Assembly (NCBI RefSeq): GCF_963921235.1
Contig: NC_086097.1
Location: 214,956,001-215,020,000, forward strand
Direction: 5' to 3'
DNA: 64,000 nucleotides
From: Mobula hypostoma
Lineage: Eukaryota
The position numbers and the translations under genes are program-made. The notes under the pieces were generated by a model. It had not been told where the DNA came from and made no database searches. It was given only the letters and a program-made list of their open reading frames with translations. This document shows, in pieces, positions 12,450 to 26,499 of this stretch (position 1 is its first letter; the number at the start of each line of letters is the position of its first letter).

Positions 12450-13050
12450 TCCTTACACCTGCAGACAGACAGAGGCTAAAGAGCAAGTCTCGAGAAATAA
12501 GAACAACGAAGAGGTGGTCATGGGAGGGTGAGGAGCAGCTATGGGATTACTTCAAGTCAGTAGACTGGGCTGTGTTCAAGGACTCAACAGAGGATCTGAA
12601 TGAATACTCCACAGTTGTCACGGGCTTTGAGTGTGAATCAGAGTCTTCCCCAACCAGAAGCCCTGAATAAAACAAGAGATCTACAGTCTGCTGAAGGCCA
12701 GAACAGTGGTGTCGAGGTGTGGTGATCAAATAAAATACAAAAGGTCCAGGTATGACCTTCAGAATACAATCTCACATGCAAAGTGGCAGTTCTGGACCAA
12801 ATTTGAATCACTGTAGGATGCTTGACAGCTGTGACAACATTTGAATGCTCTCACCTCCTACAAAGTAAAACCAAGTGACACATATGACAACAAGGTTTCA
12901 CTGCCAGTGCTTTTTATGCTCACTTTGGCCATCAAAACAGGGAGGAACTATCCCAAACTCTTACAGCCCCCAACAACCCTTTGATTTCAGCCTCTGAGGC
13001 TGATGTGAGGGGATCCTTCAGCAGAGTGAACCCACGGAAAGCGACTGCAA
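12450..13050 (+). mobile_element. Degenerate Rex1/Babar-like ORF fragment
   Basis: Similar to the 50300-50950 copy (WS.E.E..L.D.F.SVDW.VF motif). Confidence 0.6.
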
Positions 13051-16000
13051 ACGGGAAGACCTCAGTTTGTAACGCTTGTTTGTACCACTGGACTTGGAGT
13101 TCTGAGGTCAAAAGAGTTGGCATTACAAGTCAAAAGAGTTAAACTTTAAAAGCACACCTGCAATGGTTTCCTGTCATGGTCGGACACAATGGACAACCAT
13201 CAGTATTATTATTATTTGTTTCTTAGTGTGCCTCGCACCTTCAGAGATGTTGACACCCAGGAACTTGAAGCTGCTCATCCTTTCTACTCCTAACTCCTCA
13301 ATGAAGACTAGTGTGTGTTCTCCTTCCCTCTTGAGACTTGGGGTTCCATGATGGTTGACTTCTGTTTAATTTACGCCACTGATGATGATCCAAAGTTTAT
13401 GTTTTTATTCAGTAATGGAACATAGAAATTGTTGTGAGATCTAGCACGTAAAAAATCATTTCTTCCACTGCTGATGCAATTTGGTTTGCAATTTATAGTG
13501 GTTGACAGCTATTCTCAAATCCATGATCCCTGCCACCTAGAAGGGTAAAGACTGTTGCATGGGGATCCCACTACCTGCAATTCCTCACTATCACACGATA
13601 TCCAGACTTCAAAATATATTGGTGATCCTTCATTATGACTAGGTATGTATATTGAAACTCTCTAACCATCTGCAGGAGTGTTTTCACCAAAGGGAATGTC
13701 GCTCCACTGGTGAACTCTCCCTCTCAAACTCTCCAAGGCAATAACTACTGGCCTGGACAGAACTTCCTGCAATCTGTGCAAAACTACACCCTCCTGTTTT
13801 TAGAGCTTGGCCGGCAAAGTTGTGAACAGCTTAAATACCCTTAAAGGAAATAAATTGACACTTAGATCTACAAATAGAAACAGCGACTACACAGAATTTT
13901 GAATCTGAACTACTTAAATCTAAGGGCAAATATGTACAATGGATATAACTGAGTTACATATCCAGCAGATTGAAAATATATACTCAATTCTGGCAGTCGT
14001 ACTGTATTTCTGTCTCCATAACTTGGCTCTGTGCACTGAAGCCTGAAGAAACAAACAATGGAAGCTGACCCATCTTGCGAAGATCTCACTTTTTTACTAT
14101 TGATTTCCTATTTATGTGACAATATGAATAATGTTAAAACATTCCATGACAACAAAACTTCAGAATAGTAGCAACATGTACTTAAAGCCACGTAAAACAA
14201 AAGCATTACTTACTGTCAAAATATTATTACTAAGTAAAAGTAAAAGTTGTGTGTGGATTCTGAGGGAATTGCCTGGAAGTCTTAAGATTTAACTTCCTTT
14301 TCACACCGTTGTCTTAACCAAAATTATTGCATCAGTTACTTCACCTGACAAAGTTATAGGTTCTGACCCACACTTACTTTCAAATGAAAGGCATTTCCCC
14401 ACACATTAGCAAGCATAACACAGCAAGTAATCAGTTTCTACTGCAACACACACAAAATGCCAGAGGAATTCAGCAGGCCAGGTAGCATCTATGGAAAAGA
14501 TTAAACAGTCGATGTTTCTATTAATAGGTTGAGAATGAAAAAGCTATAACAAGTAATTATTTAAATTTATTTGACTGAGACAAACATAGCTGAATTCAAT
14601 CCAATCAATTATATAAACTTGTTCAAAGTTTTGCATGTAAACAGGTAAATAAATATATGTCAATACTTTGGCTTCTGCATGATTAGAAAAGTGATGGAAC
14701 TTTTCCATGCTGAGAAACAAAATGCATTTTTCTTAGGAGAATTTTTTTGTTGACAATTTCTTATATTTGCATATATAAACTGAACAAGAATATTTCATTA
14801 CTTGTTTAGAAATCCCATCAGCTATAAAAAGCTAAATACAGAAAACATTGTACTGTGTGTTGTGAACCATACCTTCATTAACAAAATAAATCAGCTAAAT
14901 GCCAAGAGACTTTAATTGCTTCAGAGGAATGTGGGAGTTCCTGTGTTGATTTCCGCTGATAAGGACTTCTCTCTGGGTACCACTGTAGTGCAAAAGTCAG
15001 CTATCGGTAATCCACATTTACAGAGCAAGTGATCAGACAAAACAGGACTACCACATGCAAAAGTTTATCTGTTACATTACATTTAAAGCACATTCTCGAC
15101 AGCAAGTGGTTAAAACTATAATGAAAATTTCCAAGCTGAAGTGCTGTCACAAAGTTTAATGTGAATGCACACAGAAATGTAATAGTAAAATGATTTTACA
15201 AACAGATTCTGAGGAGCTGTGGGGACTTGTACCATTTCATACTCACTTTTCCACTCACTGAAATAGGTGAAGTCCATTTGTAATTTCAAAGTAGTACAAA
15301 ATTATATAAACCAAATGATAAATGCTACAAACACATAACGTAATGTACAGCAGATCAACATTCACTTCATTACATGATGAGAATGTGCAAAATAAAATGA
15401 TTAACAGATTACTATTCATAAAATAGTTCATTTTATCCAAGGAAACTGCAATCCACAAAATCATTCTTGATTAATTTCTTTAAGAAATAGAACATTTCCT
15501 GCAAAGTCTATTGGTGTTTTAAAGACCTGCACAAATAAAATTTGTTCAATAGCTCATGTATTTAGCCAGTAAATAAACTCCAGTTATCTGCCATCCAATT
15601 GTTACAGAAATTCCAATTGTTACGGCAAATGGCTTGTAACTTCACTTCCAGCACTACTCTTGGACTGCCCAGGGCCCCAGTTACCACACTCCTTTCATAC
15701 TGCAACCCCATTTCCCACTTTTAATATACCCACGTTGCATTTCCTGCATCCCCTTTAAACTCACTGCAGCACTGTTTCCTCCAGTCTTTAAAACCTCACC
15801 TGATTCACTGGCAAACTTATAATACTACTATGTGACATTTTTTAAAAGGAATTAAAATTGTGTTGGAATATCATAGAAGTAATGTTTAATAGTCTGGAAA
15901 TTCTGCATGTCCAGCATCTCCATATTGGAAGACCCAGATTTGGTCTGGTTTATGGGAAATTACTTCATTTCAGCCCGTGGGTATCAGAAGATTTCAGTAG

Positions 16001-18621
16001 GCCTCAACAGGGCTTAGCAAATTTAATACATAAAAATAAAACAAGGCTCCCATTTCAGATAGACATCTGGTGATCTCTGCCTAATGTGGCGATAAACAGT
16101 CGCAAGGTGAGAAAGATGATTTGGTTTCACTGCCGTGCTATTAAGGTTAAATTTATTGTTAACGTTCACTATAAAGGTCGTGTTAGATTCAAATTCAAAT
16201 GCTATAGTGGTAAAATAATCTTCAAAATTTTTAAGTGCTCTACATTAAGTAGAATCATTCAGCATGACAGTCAAGTTATTTACAAGAAATTACTGTAATT
16301 TGCAAACAGCTATTTCCCAGCTACCCAAAGAAAGCCTAGGGTTGTTAAAGTCCTTGGAAATGTGCAAGACAAGCAGTCCTTTTCTCCTGGAAAATTAATG
16401 AAACTATTATAGATGAAATATTCAAACTCGAACCCTTGTTACATTATGGTGTGCAGGTAATGCAATAACTAGCATTAGCTTATTACAGCTGTAAAGTGTA
16501 CTTGGTACAATAAATGACCTTTGAAACTGAATGTGCAGCTTCATAACTATTGTAACTACATTGGGGAATATTGTCTTTTCTTTCAGCTTTCTCTAATCAT
16601 TTACCAGTATTTCCTATGCTTAATTGTAATGGATGGGGCCATTTGACAACATCAATAAATCAGATATTTACAAGGTTAAGAAAAACTTAATGATGCAAAT
16701 AGGAATATCAGATTCAGCTTTTCTAACCCAGATAAAAGCTAATCTGTTCTACATGTGGGGTGTGTAATTAAAATCTTTTGTTCAAAAACTTAAAATCAGC
16801 TGCTGTTATTTGAATTTACCTTCCATAGTAGACAAATTCTACTTGTTGGCTGCCCATATTTGTACACAGGGCTCTGTAGAATTCATTTTTTGTGAACTTC
16901 TGAAATGCATAATAATGAATTCTGAGAAAACTAAAATAAATTAACAAATCTGTAAGTATCTATGATATACTGTATATATTGTGCAACCAAACTATTGTGC
17001 CGGCAAGCTATAAAATTTAGCCTGCATAAGAAATATGAATTGTATGCTCACACAAAGCAATTGACTTAATATTGAAAACTATTAAGTATTAATTAATTAA
17101 AATAATTACCCAGGTTGTTGTGGCATAAATCCTCCAATTTCAAATAAAGCAACTAGAAATAATATTTATCTTGCTATTCATAGTTATGTTCCCTTTTCAG
17201 AATGAGTCTTTTACACTGTGGCTTTAATTAAACAGGCAAACAATATTACTTTTCATATAATTACTTAAATAGTAAGTTTCAAATTATTATGTTTTGCTGA
17301 TTTCATTAGCTATCAAGATTGAGTACAAATATTAATGCTAAAGTGATGCATTAAAATCACAGCTCTGCAATTAACTGAAGAAGTATCACGACAATTGCAG
17401 AGACTTGTCCTGAAATGAGAGGGTTTCCCGGTCACAAGTGGCTAAAGAAATTAGATCTATATTCCCTAGAGTTGAGAAAAATGAGGCGTGATTTATATGA
17501 CATATGTTGAGATCTTAACTGCAAGTGGGAGTACATTGGTTAAGGAGACACAGCTGCAAGATTAGGAGAAAGTCGTTGAACTGAGGTGCGTAAAATCTTC
17601 ATATCACAGAGGATGACAAGTCTCTGGAATTCCCTGTCCTAAGAAGGTTGTGAAGGCCCATGAAGTCAGCAAAACACAATTGAAATTTATAATTTAAATA
17701 ATTACATGAAAGATAACATTGTTTGTCCAATCTACAGTTTTCCAGACTTTTATAATTTTGATATTGATTCATGATGACAACCATTATTTTGTATTTCATG
17801 CTTAACCATAACAAAGTATTGCATGGATGCGATGGAGTTACCCATCTATTCAGTTTGTGGTTATGTTTATACATGAACATTGTAGCAGATAAAATAAAAG
17901 CACTGCAATTATAGGCCCATGGAACTATACAGTATAAAAAAAAGGTTGTTATTCAAAACATATTATGTAAAGCAATAGTAACTAAAAACCTTGCTAACTC
18001 CTATCTTCTGACAAATACTCCAGTTGTGTAGTTTCCTGTCAAAAGTTTGGTTTGCAATTATTGCAACGGATGTTTAGGAAAGTTCTTGAACATTTGACTT
18101 TGAAAGGCATCTGAACAAAATAACAGATGCTGAAATATTTATTCAACTACTTCATCGGTTACCTGATCATAAAATTTTCATTCGTCACCCTCTGATCATG
18201 CTTGCTCTATATTTTGTCTCAGCCAACATCTTAAAAGCATGGTGGCAGAAAACACTGTCTCTTATCTTTTAAAATCATGTGGAAGAAAATAAAATAGAAC
18301 TAAGTCCAGATTCATAGGCTTGAAATTTATTCTTTCAATGAGTTTATGGATGCGTCTGACTTAGAACAAAAGTTACAAAGTTAGTATGTATTTTATATGA
18401 TACCCAATACATCGATCCTTGTAAACATGGCAATAAAATTTACATGGCACTCGGTACATTGAAACAGGGCAACAAAATACAGCTTTATATTAAATGAACA
18501 ATGGAATTACTCACGTAATCTAGAGGCCAAGGAATGGAGATAGGAATTCAATTCATGCCCTGGAATTTGGGAAAATAAACTTAATTAAACTAATCTAAAG
18601 TTATAATAGCAAACATGAAAC

Positions 18622-21600
18622 TGTAGGTTTTCACAAATAAAACAAAGTGAGGCATTTTATGTTTAATGAAATGTTTTTATGTTTAACCAGTTACACATTT
18701 TATTGAACTCCAAAACCTAAACACAAAACCACACTAAAAATCCTTGAGTAACAAAGTCATGACGTCAGACCAGCCTCTAAAAGCAAAACTCCAGGTCAAT
18801 GTTAGTGGTTGTAAATTATGTGCATTTCTCCCAGTTGCGTTACCCTTCACAGGACCCCAAAGAATTCACTAAAACCGGCATTGTGAGCCTGTCTGGAACT
18901 TGGAAGAGCCTCCCAGCTCGGGTCCTGTGTTCCATGGGCGAAGGAATGGCAGGTGCCTCTGGCTCGTCCTGAGGGGTGTTGGCATGCTCCTGGTCATGTT
19001 GTGATGCCAGGGGCACGGCAGTGGAATGCTCCAAATCCTGGTGGGCCAGTTTAAGGTGATCTGCTGAAATACGTTCAGGTTTACCCCTCTTATCTACGGT
19101 AAATGTGTTTCCTCCCCATTCAAAAATGCGGAATGGGCCATCGTAAGGGGGCCTAAGTGGATGTTGGTGTGTGCCGTGGCGGACGACAACAAACAAGGCA
19201 GAATGTAGGTTAACAGAAACACAAGGGTGCTGTACACCATGATGGGAGGTAGGAATAACTGAAAAGGAACTGAATTTACTGAGGAGAGTGGAATGTTGTT
19301 GAGAGGCCAACCAGGCAGACGTAGCATCAGGAGTGAAATCACCTGGCACTCATGGTTCCTGTATACCAACTCAGCCACACACGACTGCAGGTCCTCTTTT
19401 GGAGCTGTTCTGAGCCCGAGCAGGACACACGGGAGCCGATCCTGCCAACACTCATCAGTCGGGGAAGCCCTCAGAGCAGCCCTTAAGGAGCAGTGAAACC
19501 ACTTGCTAGGCCATTGGACTGTGGGTGATATGCCATGGTGTGATGTAGCCTAACGCCGAGGTTCTGGGCCATTGCAGCCCAGATGTCTGATATGAATTGG
19601 GGACCATGGTCAGGGGAAATAACAGATGGAGTGCCAGCCCAGGTGCTGATGACGGCCTGATCCACATCTGTAGCCATCGTCGTTGCTGGAGGGATGACCT
19701 CTGGCCACCTGGTGGTACGGTCCACCATGGTAAGAAGCTGTATGAAACTGTGGGAGGGGGAAAAGAGGACCTGCAATGTTCACAATGACATGGTCAAACC
19801 ATCAATCAGAGGCCTCAAAAGGTGTCAATGGTGCCTGAACACGACGGTTAGCTTTTGCCTGCTGGCACTCCACACAGGCTGCAGTCCAATCACGCGTGTC
19901 CTGTCTGAGACTGTGCCAAACAAACTTTAGTACAACGAGTTTCTGTGAGGCCTTATGGCGCGGATGCGAGAGGCCATGTACGGAGTCAAAAAACAGTCTG
20001 CCTCCACTTTTTTTCCATACATGCTCCCCGGCCTGCTGAGTTCCTCCAGCATTTCGTGTGTGTTCTCCGAACTTAATACCAGCCAACTGCAAGCCAGTGG
20101 TTGTTCGGTAAGCCTGGACCTCTGGGTCAGTAACTTGATCGTCTGCCATGTCAGCATAGCCAACCCCAATGTGTATGGCCTCAATGGCTGGTCATGAGAG
20201 GCAGTCAGCTGCAGCATTATTTCTCCTTTTGGTATGTTGTATATGCATCGTGAACTCTGATACATAGGCCAAGTGCCGTTGCTGCTGTGCAGACTAAGGG
20301 TCTAATATTTTGGCCATCGTGTGCAGGGGAGTTTGTGGTCAATGAATATTGTGAAATGGTGACCCTCTAGAAGAAATCCAAGATGGTGGATGGCCAGATG
20401 GAGACTGAGAAGCTCACAGTCAAACTTACGGTACTTTCTTTCTGGGGGGGTGGAACTGCCATACACCTCCAGCCAGCTGGTCACACACAGCACCCACAGC
20501 ATAGGCTGAAGTGTCAGTGGTAATGGCTTTGGGTGTGCTGCGGAATGGGTGCACCTGTAGGGGCGCATTAGAAAGAGCTCATTTGGTATATTCAAACGCC
20601 CTGGTCATGTCTACTGCCAGTCAAGCAGTTGATAGGGATATTGCCTTTAAACATGCTGTACAGGGGGAGCTACACAGCAGTTCACGGAATGAAGTGGTGA
20701 CAGAAATTCGCCATACCTAAAAACTCCTGTATTATTTTAGTAGTGTGGGGTGGTGGGATATCTATAATAGTGGCTACCTTTGATGGGAGGGTTTCACACT
20801 TTCTGCAGAGATGTGTTGGCCGAGAGACCCAAACTGGTATTTAGCAGGGTTAATAATCAACCCGTGTTGGTTTAAGCACTTGAAAAGTGTGGAGGTGAGA
20901 TACATGTTCAGATTTGGACATACTGGCAACAAATATATCATTCAGGTAAACAAAAGAACATCTAAGTCATTTAATACAGAGTCCTTCAGTCTCTGCTGCA
21001 TTTTTCTGCCCAAACAACATGTGCAGAAACTCAAAGAGCCTTTACGGGGTTATCAAAGCCAGTTGGGGAATGTCCTTCGAGCGCACAGGCACCTGATGGT
21101 AGCCCCTGACTAAATCAACTTTGAAAAAAAATTAACTTACTGGCTAAACATGTTGAAAAGCCTTGAATGTGTGGGACCGGGTAACGATTGGGGGGAGGAG
21201 ATTTGGGGGAGTGGTCTTGTTGAGGCGTCGGTAATCACCACGGGCGGCAACCACCCTCGGACTTAAGGATGAAGCCCAGAGGTTATTCGACCGGTGTACA
21301 ATGCCGAGTCTTTCCACATTGGCAAACTCAGCCTTTGTGATCGCCAGCTGTTGTGGGTGTAGTCAATGCACACCGACATGGACTGGTGGGAATGTGGTGC
21401 TTGAGCCCATGTTTGGCGAGGCTTGGTGAGGTTTGGGAATTCACTAGCTGTTGAGTAAACTCACAGGCAGTGGTGTATGTGCTTGGCAGAGTCATGGCAG
21501 GGAACTTACTGGGGGAGCAGGGGAACAAACCAAAGTCCTTGACATCCACAGGCCAGCAGTTCTTAAAATCAACTAACAGTCCCTGGGCACACAGGGAATC

Positions 21601-22650
21601 TGCACCAAGTAGAGGTCCAGCCACTATAGCCAGGACGAAGTCCCATGTGTAATGTTACCCACTGAGGCAGAATGTCGCCCATCGTGTCTTGTAGGTCTGA
21701 ATCCTGCTGCCTGGATCCTGTCACACAGGAAGCGTCGCCCTAAAAGGGTGTCCGTAATGAACAGTGGACGACCCTGGCAGCTGGAACCCATGGTGTTCAC
21801 AGACCTCTGATGTCCCAATGCGCTGGCACTGTCAAAATTGCAAGGTTCTAGCATTCATGCCAAAGTGAGCATGGTGAAAGCACAGGCCTGGCATCATCAG
21901 TTTGGCAGCCACAGGCATCCTTATGTTGGGGGCCTTGCTGACCGGACTTACTGAGGCAGGGAAAGGAGGAGGAATGATGCAGCCCACCTGGCTGAGTGTA
22001 GACTATCAGCCATTTGAGCAAGCTCCCTATAGTACTTCATGGGTGCATAGCAAGGGCTATGCGAACTGGATCAGGTATTTGCTGCATGAAGAGTTCTTTA
22101 AACATACAACAAGGGTGGTGATTTCCCAGGGGAGACAGCACGTGGTCCATTAGCTCCGAAGGCTTGCCATCACTGGGACCGGGCAAGGAGAGCAACTGTT
22201 TGGCGTGCTCAGGCTCCGACAGCCCAAAAGTCTGTAAAAGGTGAGTCTTAGCGACTGGTATTCATCATGTTCAGGCAAGTGTCCAAGTGGACTCATCATT
22301 CTCTCAGCCCTGGATTTGCTGAAAGGCGTTACCACATAATAGAATTTGATGTTGACGGTGGAGATTTCTCGCAGAGCAAACTGGGCCGCTGCTTGTACAA
22401 AGCAAGTGATGACGTTTTGCTCCCTTCTGGGTCACCAATGGAGGTTTTTGCAAATAAACCAGAGTGAGACGTTTTATGTTTAATGAAACCCGTAACACAT
22501 TTTATTGAACTCCAAAAACTTATACAAAAACATGCTAAAAATCCTTACATAACCACGTCATCCCATCAGACCAGCCTCTTAAAGCAAAACCTCAACTCAA
22601 TGTTGGTGGTTGTGAATTATGTACATTTCTCCCAATTATGTTACCCTACA
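18622..22650 (-). mobile_element. Degenerate Gypsy LTR retrotransposon with both LTRs
   Basis: Direct repeats 18622-18850 and 22439-22650 (TG...CA) with 4-bp TSD AAAC (18618-21 / 22651-54). PBS-like TGGTGACCCAG at 22437-22427. Gag-like (AQFALREI), RNase H and integrase (VDRTTRWPE, SPDHGPQF, YHPQSNG, PPYDGPF) remnants. Confidence 0.9.
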
Positions 22651-22799
22651 AAACTACAGATTTGGAGTAAAACTCCATCCGGTTCATTTAGGTCCTTAAT
22701 TGAAGAAAATCTCTACTTATCCATTATTGCCTGCATATGATTCAAGACCAGGGTTTAAAAGACATTTGAACAAGTTTGTAGATAGCAACAACAATAATT

Positions 22800-23165
22800 T
22801 GCATTTATATGGACTCCATTGGCTTCACCCACTCATTCACTAGAGGAGGAAACGCACCAGCCTTTTACCTTTCCCTCCCCATCATCCAGGGTCCAAAACT
22901 GTGCTTCCAGATGAAGCAGTCGTTCACCTGCACTACTCCCTATCTACTGTAATGCATTCAGTGGTCACAAAATGCTCCCTTCTACGCCAGGGAAACCAAA
23001 TAAAGATTGGGGGCTTGCTTTGCAGAGCATTTCCATTCATTCTACAAAATCCAGTTGCTTTTAGTTTTCAGTTTAATTATCTCCGCCACTCACACTCTGA
23101 ACTCTCCATTGTTGGCCTCTGATATTGTTCCAATAAGGAACAGTTACTCATCTTCGGACCAGTCA
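22800..23165 (+). mobile_element. Penelope-like element GIY-YIG endonuclease remnant
   Basis: Degenerate FTCT...C...Y..ET...LG..FAEH pattern. Confidence 0.6.
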
Positions 23166-23564
23166 CATCATAACGAAGAACATAGAACATAGAAATCTAC
23201 AGCACATTACAGGCCCTTTGGCCCACAATGTTGTGCCAACCAAGTAACCTACTCTAGAAACTGCCTAGAATTTCCCTAGCACACAGCCCTTTATTTAAAT
23301 TAAATTTAAATTTAAATTTAGATTATGAGGAGGACACGCAGTCCTCTCTTATAGTCATTTAGTAATGCATGCATTAAGAAATAATACAATTTGTTCTATT
23401 ACTAATTCATCAGGACCTGCTGCCTTTCCTTTCTTCATCTTATTTATTGCATTACGAACTTCAGATTTAAAAAAACTTGGACCTTCAATGTTTTTCTTAA
23501 TTTCTGGTTTTTCGCCTCGATTGTCTTCAAACAATTCCTGAATATACTCAGTCCATCTATTCAT

Positions 23565-23865
23565 GTTGGCATCCGTTAGTCTCATGAGACCATGGATTTG
23601 CGCCTTGGAAGGTTTCCAAGCCTGGGCAAGGTTGTATAGAAGACCGGCAGTTGCCCATGCTGCAAGTCTCCTCTCTCCACGCCACTGATGTCGTCCAAGG
23701 GAAGGGCACTAGGGCCGATACAGCTTGGCACCGGTGTCGTCGCAGAGCAATGTGTGGTTAAGTGCCTTGCTCAAAGACACAACACGCTACCTCAGTTGAG
23801 GCTCGAACTAACGACTTTCAGATCACTAGACCGACAACTTAACCACTTGGCCACATGCCAATACG
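23565..23865 (-). mobile_element. SINE (tRNA-like head) inserted in the RTE
   Basis: Minus strand begins GGCATGTGGCCAAGTGGTTAAG (A box) and GTTCGAGCC (B box); it interrupts the RTE reading frame. Confidence 0.65.
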
Positions 23866-24227
23866 CATAATCTCTTCATAATCTCATATTTTTCCATGAT
23901 AATGGTAGCGTCCTTTGCTTTCAAACATCCACCTGAAGAACAGAGGAGCATTTACCAGTGATATTCTTGATTTGTTGATGTAACCTTTTTGGATCAGTAA
24001 TAGGGATTCTTTCTATTTGCTCACATTCCTGGTTTAACCATTCTTCTTTGGCTTTTTGACATAAGCTTTTAACTTTTTTATCTAAGGACTTATATTCTAT
24101 AGGATTTGCTTTCTTCCGTCTCCTTTCTTCCATTAGATTTTTGATTTCATCTGTCATCCATTTATTCTTTGTGCTTTTTCCTTTTTTAGGAATCACTGAC
24201 TTTGCTGATTCTACCAAGGCATCCTTT

Positions 24228-24497
24228 AGTCATAGTCATAGTCATAGTCATACTTTATTGATCCCGGGGGAAATTGGTTTTCGTTGCAGTTGCACCATAA
24301 ATGATAAATAGTAATAGTAATATTACTATTAGTAAATAGTAAATAGAAATAATAAATAGTAATAGAAAATAGTAATAAAGTTAAATAGTAATATGTAAAT
24401 TATGCCAGTAAATTATGAAATAAGTCCAGGACCAACCTATCGGCTCAGGGTGTCTGACCCTCCAAGGGAGGAGCTGTAAAGTTTGATGGCCACAGGT
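24228..24497 (-). mobile_element. Rex1/Babar 3' end inserted in the RTE
   Basis: Same 3'UTR and (TATGAC)n tail as 45400-45611. Confidence 0.8.
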
Positions 24498-26499
24498 TAA
24501 ATTTAGAGAGTTTAAGTTTCATTTCTACATGATTGTTATCATATTCAACAGATTCTATTTCTAGTCTTTGAAATCTATTCCTTACTTCAATTGTAAATTT
24601 TTGTCTAAGTCTTTAATTAATTGCAAGTAGTCAAAGTATTGTTCAGGTTTTTGCTTCTTTAGTTTTTTAAGTTTTACTTTTACATGACATACTACTGGGT
24701 TATGGTCACTATTACAGTCTGCACCTGCATATGTTTTGCATTGAATCACTGAGTTTCTAAATCTTTGGTTTATAGTAATAAAGTCAATTTGATTTCTAGT
24801 GTTATCACCTGGACTTTTCCAGGTCCACAAGCGTCTTGGATAGTTTTTAAAGTAGGTATTCATAATGACCTGATTATTCATCTTGCCCCATTCTACCCAT
24901 TTCTCACCTCTTTCATTTCTTTCCCCGGTCCAAATTTTCCTATGGTATTTCCATTAGCACCTTGTCTTATTTTAGCATTTAGATCTCCCATGACAATAAC
25001 AATATCTTGAGATTTGTATCCATTCTCTGCTTGTTCAAGCTCTTCATAGAATTTATTTATATCCTCATTTGTTCCATCTGTTGTTGGTGCAGATACCTGT
25101 GTAATTGCTAAATCAAATGGTTGTCCTCTGAATCTAACAAGGAGCACTCTTTCTGATATTGCCCAATGTCCTAAAACACTTTTTGCCATGTTTTCATCCA
25201 TAAGAATTCCTAGTCCATTAGTATGGGATGTTCCACAAGAATAAACTAGTGTTTTATTTCTATTCTGACATGTTCCAGTACCTATCCAACGAACTTCGCT
25301 AATTCCCATAATGTTAATCTTTAGTCTTTCCATTTCATTTATCACAGGGTCCAATCTTCCTGCTTGATATAGGGTTCTTACATTCCAAGTGGCAATAATT
25401 TTCTTTTGTGTTACTTTAATTTTATGAGCAGTAGCTTGATGACGGTCTGGGATCCCCTGCTGGCCAGAATCAACCGTCCAAGCAAAGCAGCTTTAAAATT
25501 GTCTTGAAGATCCTCGTGGCACTGTTATTGTGTGATACATTTTGTGAGTTTGACCATGGTTTTCTTTGCAAATAGATTCTAGGAAACCTAGTATCTAGCA
25601 ACGGTGGTTTGCTATTGCCTACCGTTGGGCAAACTAAAGAAATTGCGATTTCTCTTCCCAAATGTTCATCCACCTGTACTATAGTTGTGGTCATTTGAGG
25701 TCCTACCTCATCCGCCTTCTCCGTCATAAGTTTAGTTACTGAACCTGCCGGATCTGCTGTTGGCCTTCGCTCGTATCCTGAGCAGGAACCCTTGCAGGTG
25801 CTACCGTTTCGGGTCAGAGCGGCCCTGGGAGCAATGAATTACTAAGGGGTAACTCCACTTTCCCCAAAGCTCTGAAAGTCCCCAGTCAGAGCCTCAGCAC
25901 CAGTTGCAGTTTAGAGTCATACCCAGGACTTCACACTTTAATAATTCTTCAAATTTCCTGAAGTGTTTTGGAGTGCACTAAGGTTATGGAAATGCTACAT
26001 TGTGAAGTAGGGATTTCCAAAAAATCTTTTGGAAGATCCCAGACATAAAGTGTCAGTTCTCTTTTGACTAATGCTGTCCAATTTGTTCAACTTCTCTAAT
26101 AGTTTCTGTATTTATTTGTTATATTTGAAGATACTATTCCTTCATTGCTATTTATGTCTTGTGTTTTTGTTAAACAATAATAAAAACTAGCTTTCATGTG
26201 TTGCGGATGAAAGTGTACATTCTGTACTTAGATTTCCTGATAAGGTCTCCATCAAAGTTTAGTAAAGGAAATAAAAGCATATAGTATAAGCATATTCTGC
26301 ATTTTTTGCTTGTTTTTTTAAAGTTTGCGCGATTTGGTTTTTTTGTACATGGGGGAGTGGTTGATGTTTCTTTGAAAGGGTTCTATGGTTCTCTTTGTTT
26401 TCTGGGTATCTGTGGGAAGATGAATCAGGGTACACTGCATAACATTTTGAAAATAAATGTACTTTGAATCTGAATGTAACATACTGGCATGCAAAACAA

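Larger units (their letters stand above)
23397..25931 (-). mobile_element. RTE-clade LINE, 5' half (5'UTR, APE, linker) inside the inverted segment
   Basis: ATWNVRTL, GISEVRW, MGDLNAK, NQIDFI, SDH and KAAGPDELVIEQI motifs; TSD copy CACACTTTAAT at 25932-25942. Confidence 0.9.

Noticed and set aside
15858..16298. Two consecutive plus-strand ORFs and an in-register antisense open stretch
   Set aside because: No recognisable homology or convincing splice sites; compatible with chance in AT-rich DNA.
18163..18246. GCCACCATG Kozak context opening MLLRCWLRQNIEQA*SEGDE*KFYDQ, in phase with the downstream 80-nt exon; a selenoprotein was considered
   Set aside because: It has two in-frame TGAs, but I could identify no SECIS element and no resemblance to known selenoproteins; all three frames contain stops.
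23790..23865. tRNA-like A/B boxes (also at ~60460)
   Set aside because: SINE heads without a complete cloverleaf; not tRNA genes.
24228..24420. Short tandem repeats (TAGTCA)n and AT-rich units as a possible array
   Set aside because: LINE tail microsatellite and slippage; there is no repeat-spacer structure, so it is not CRISPR.
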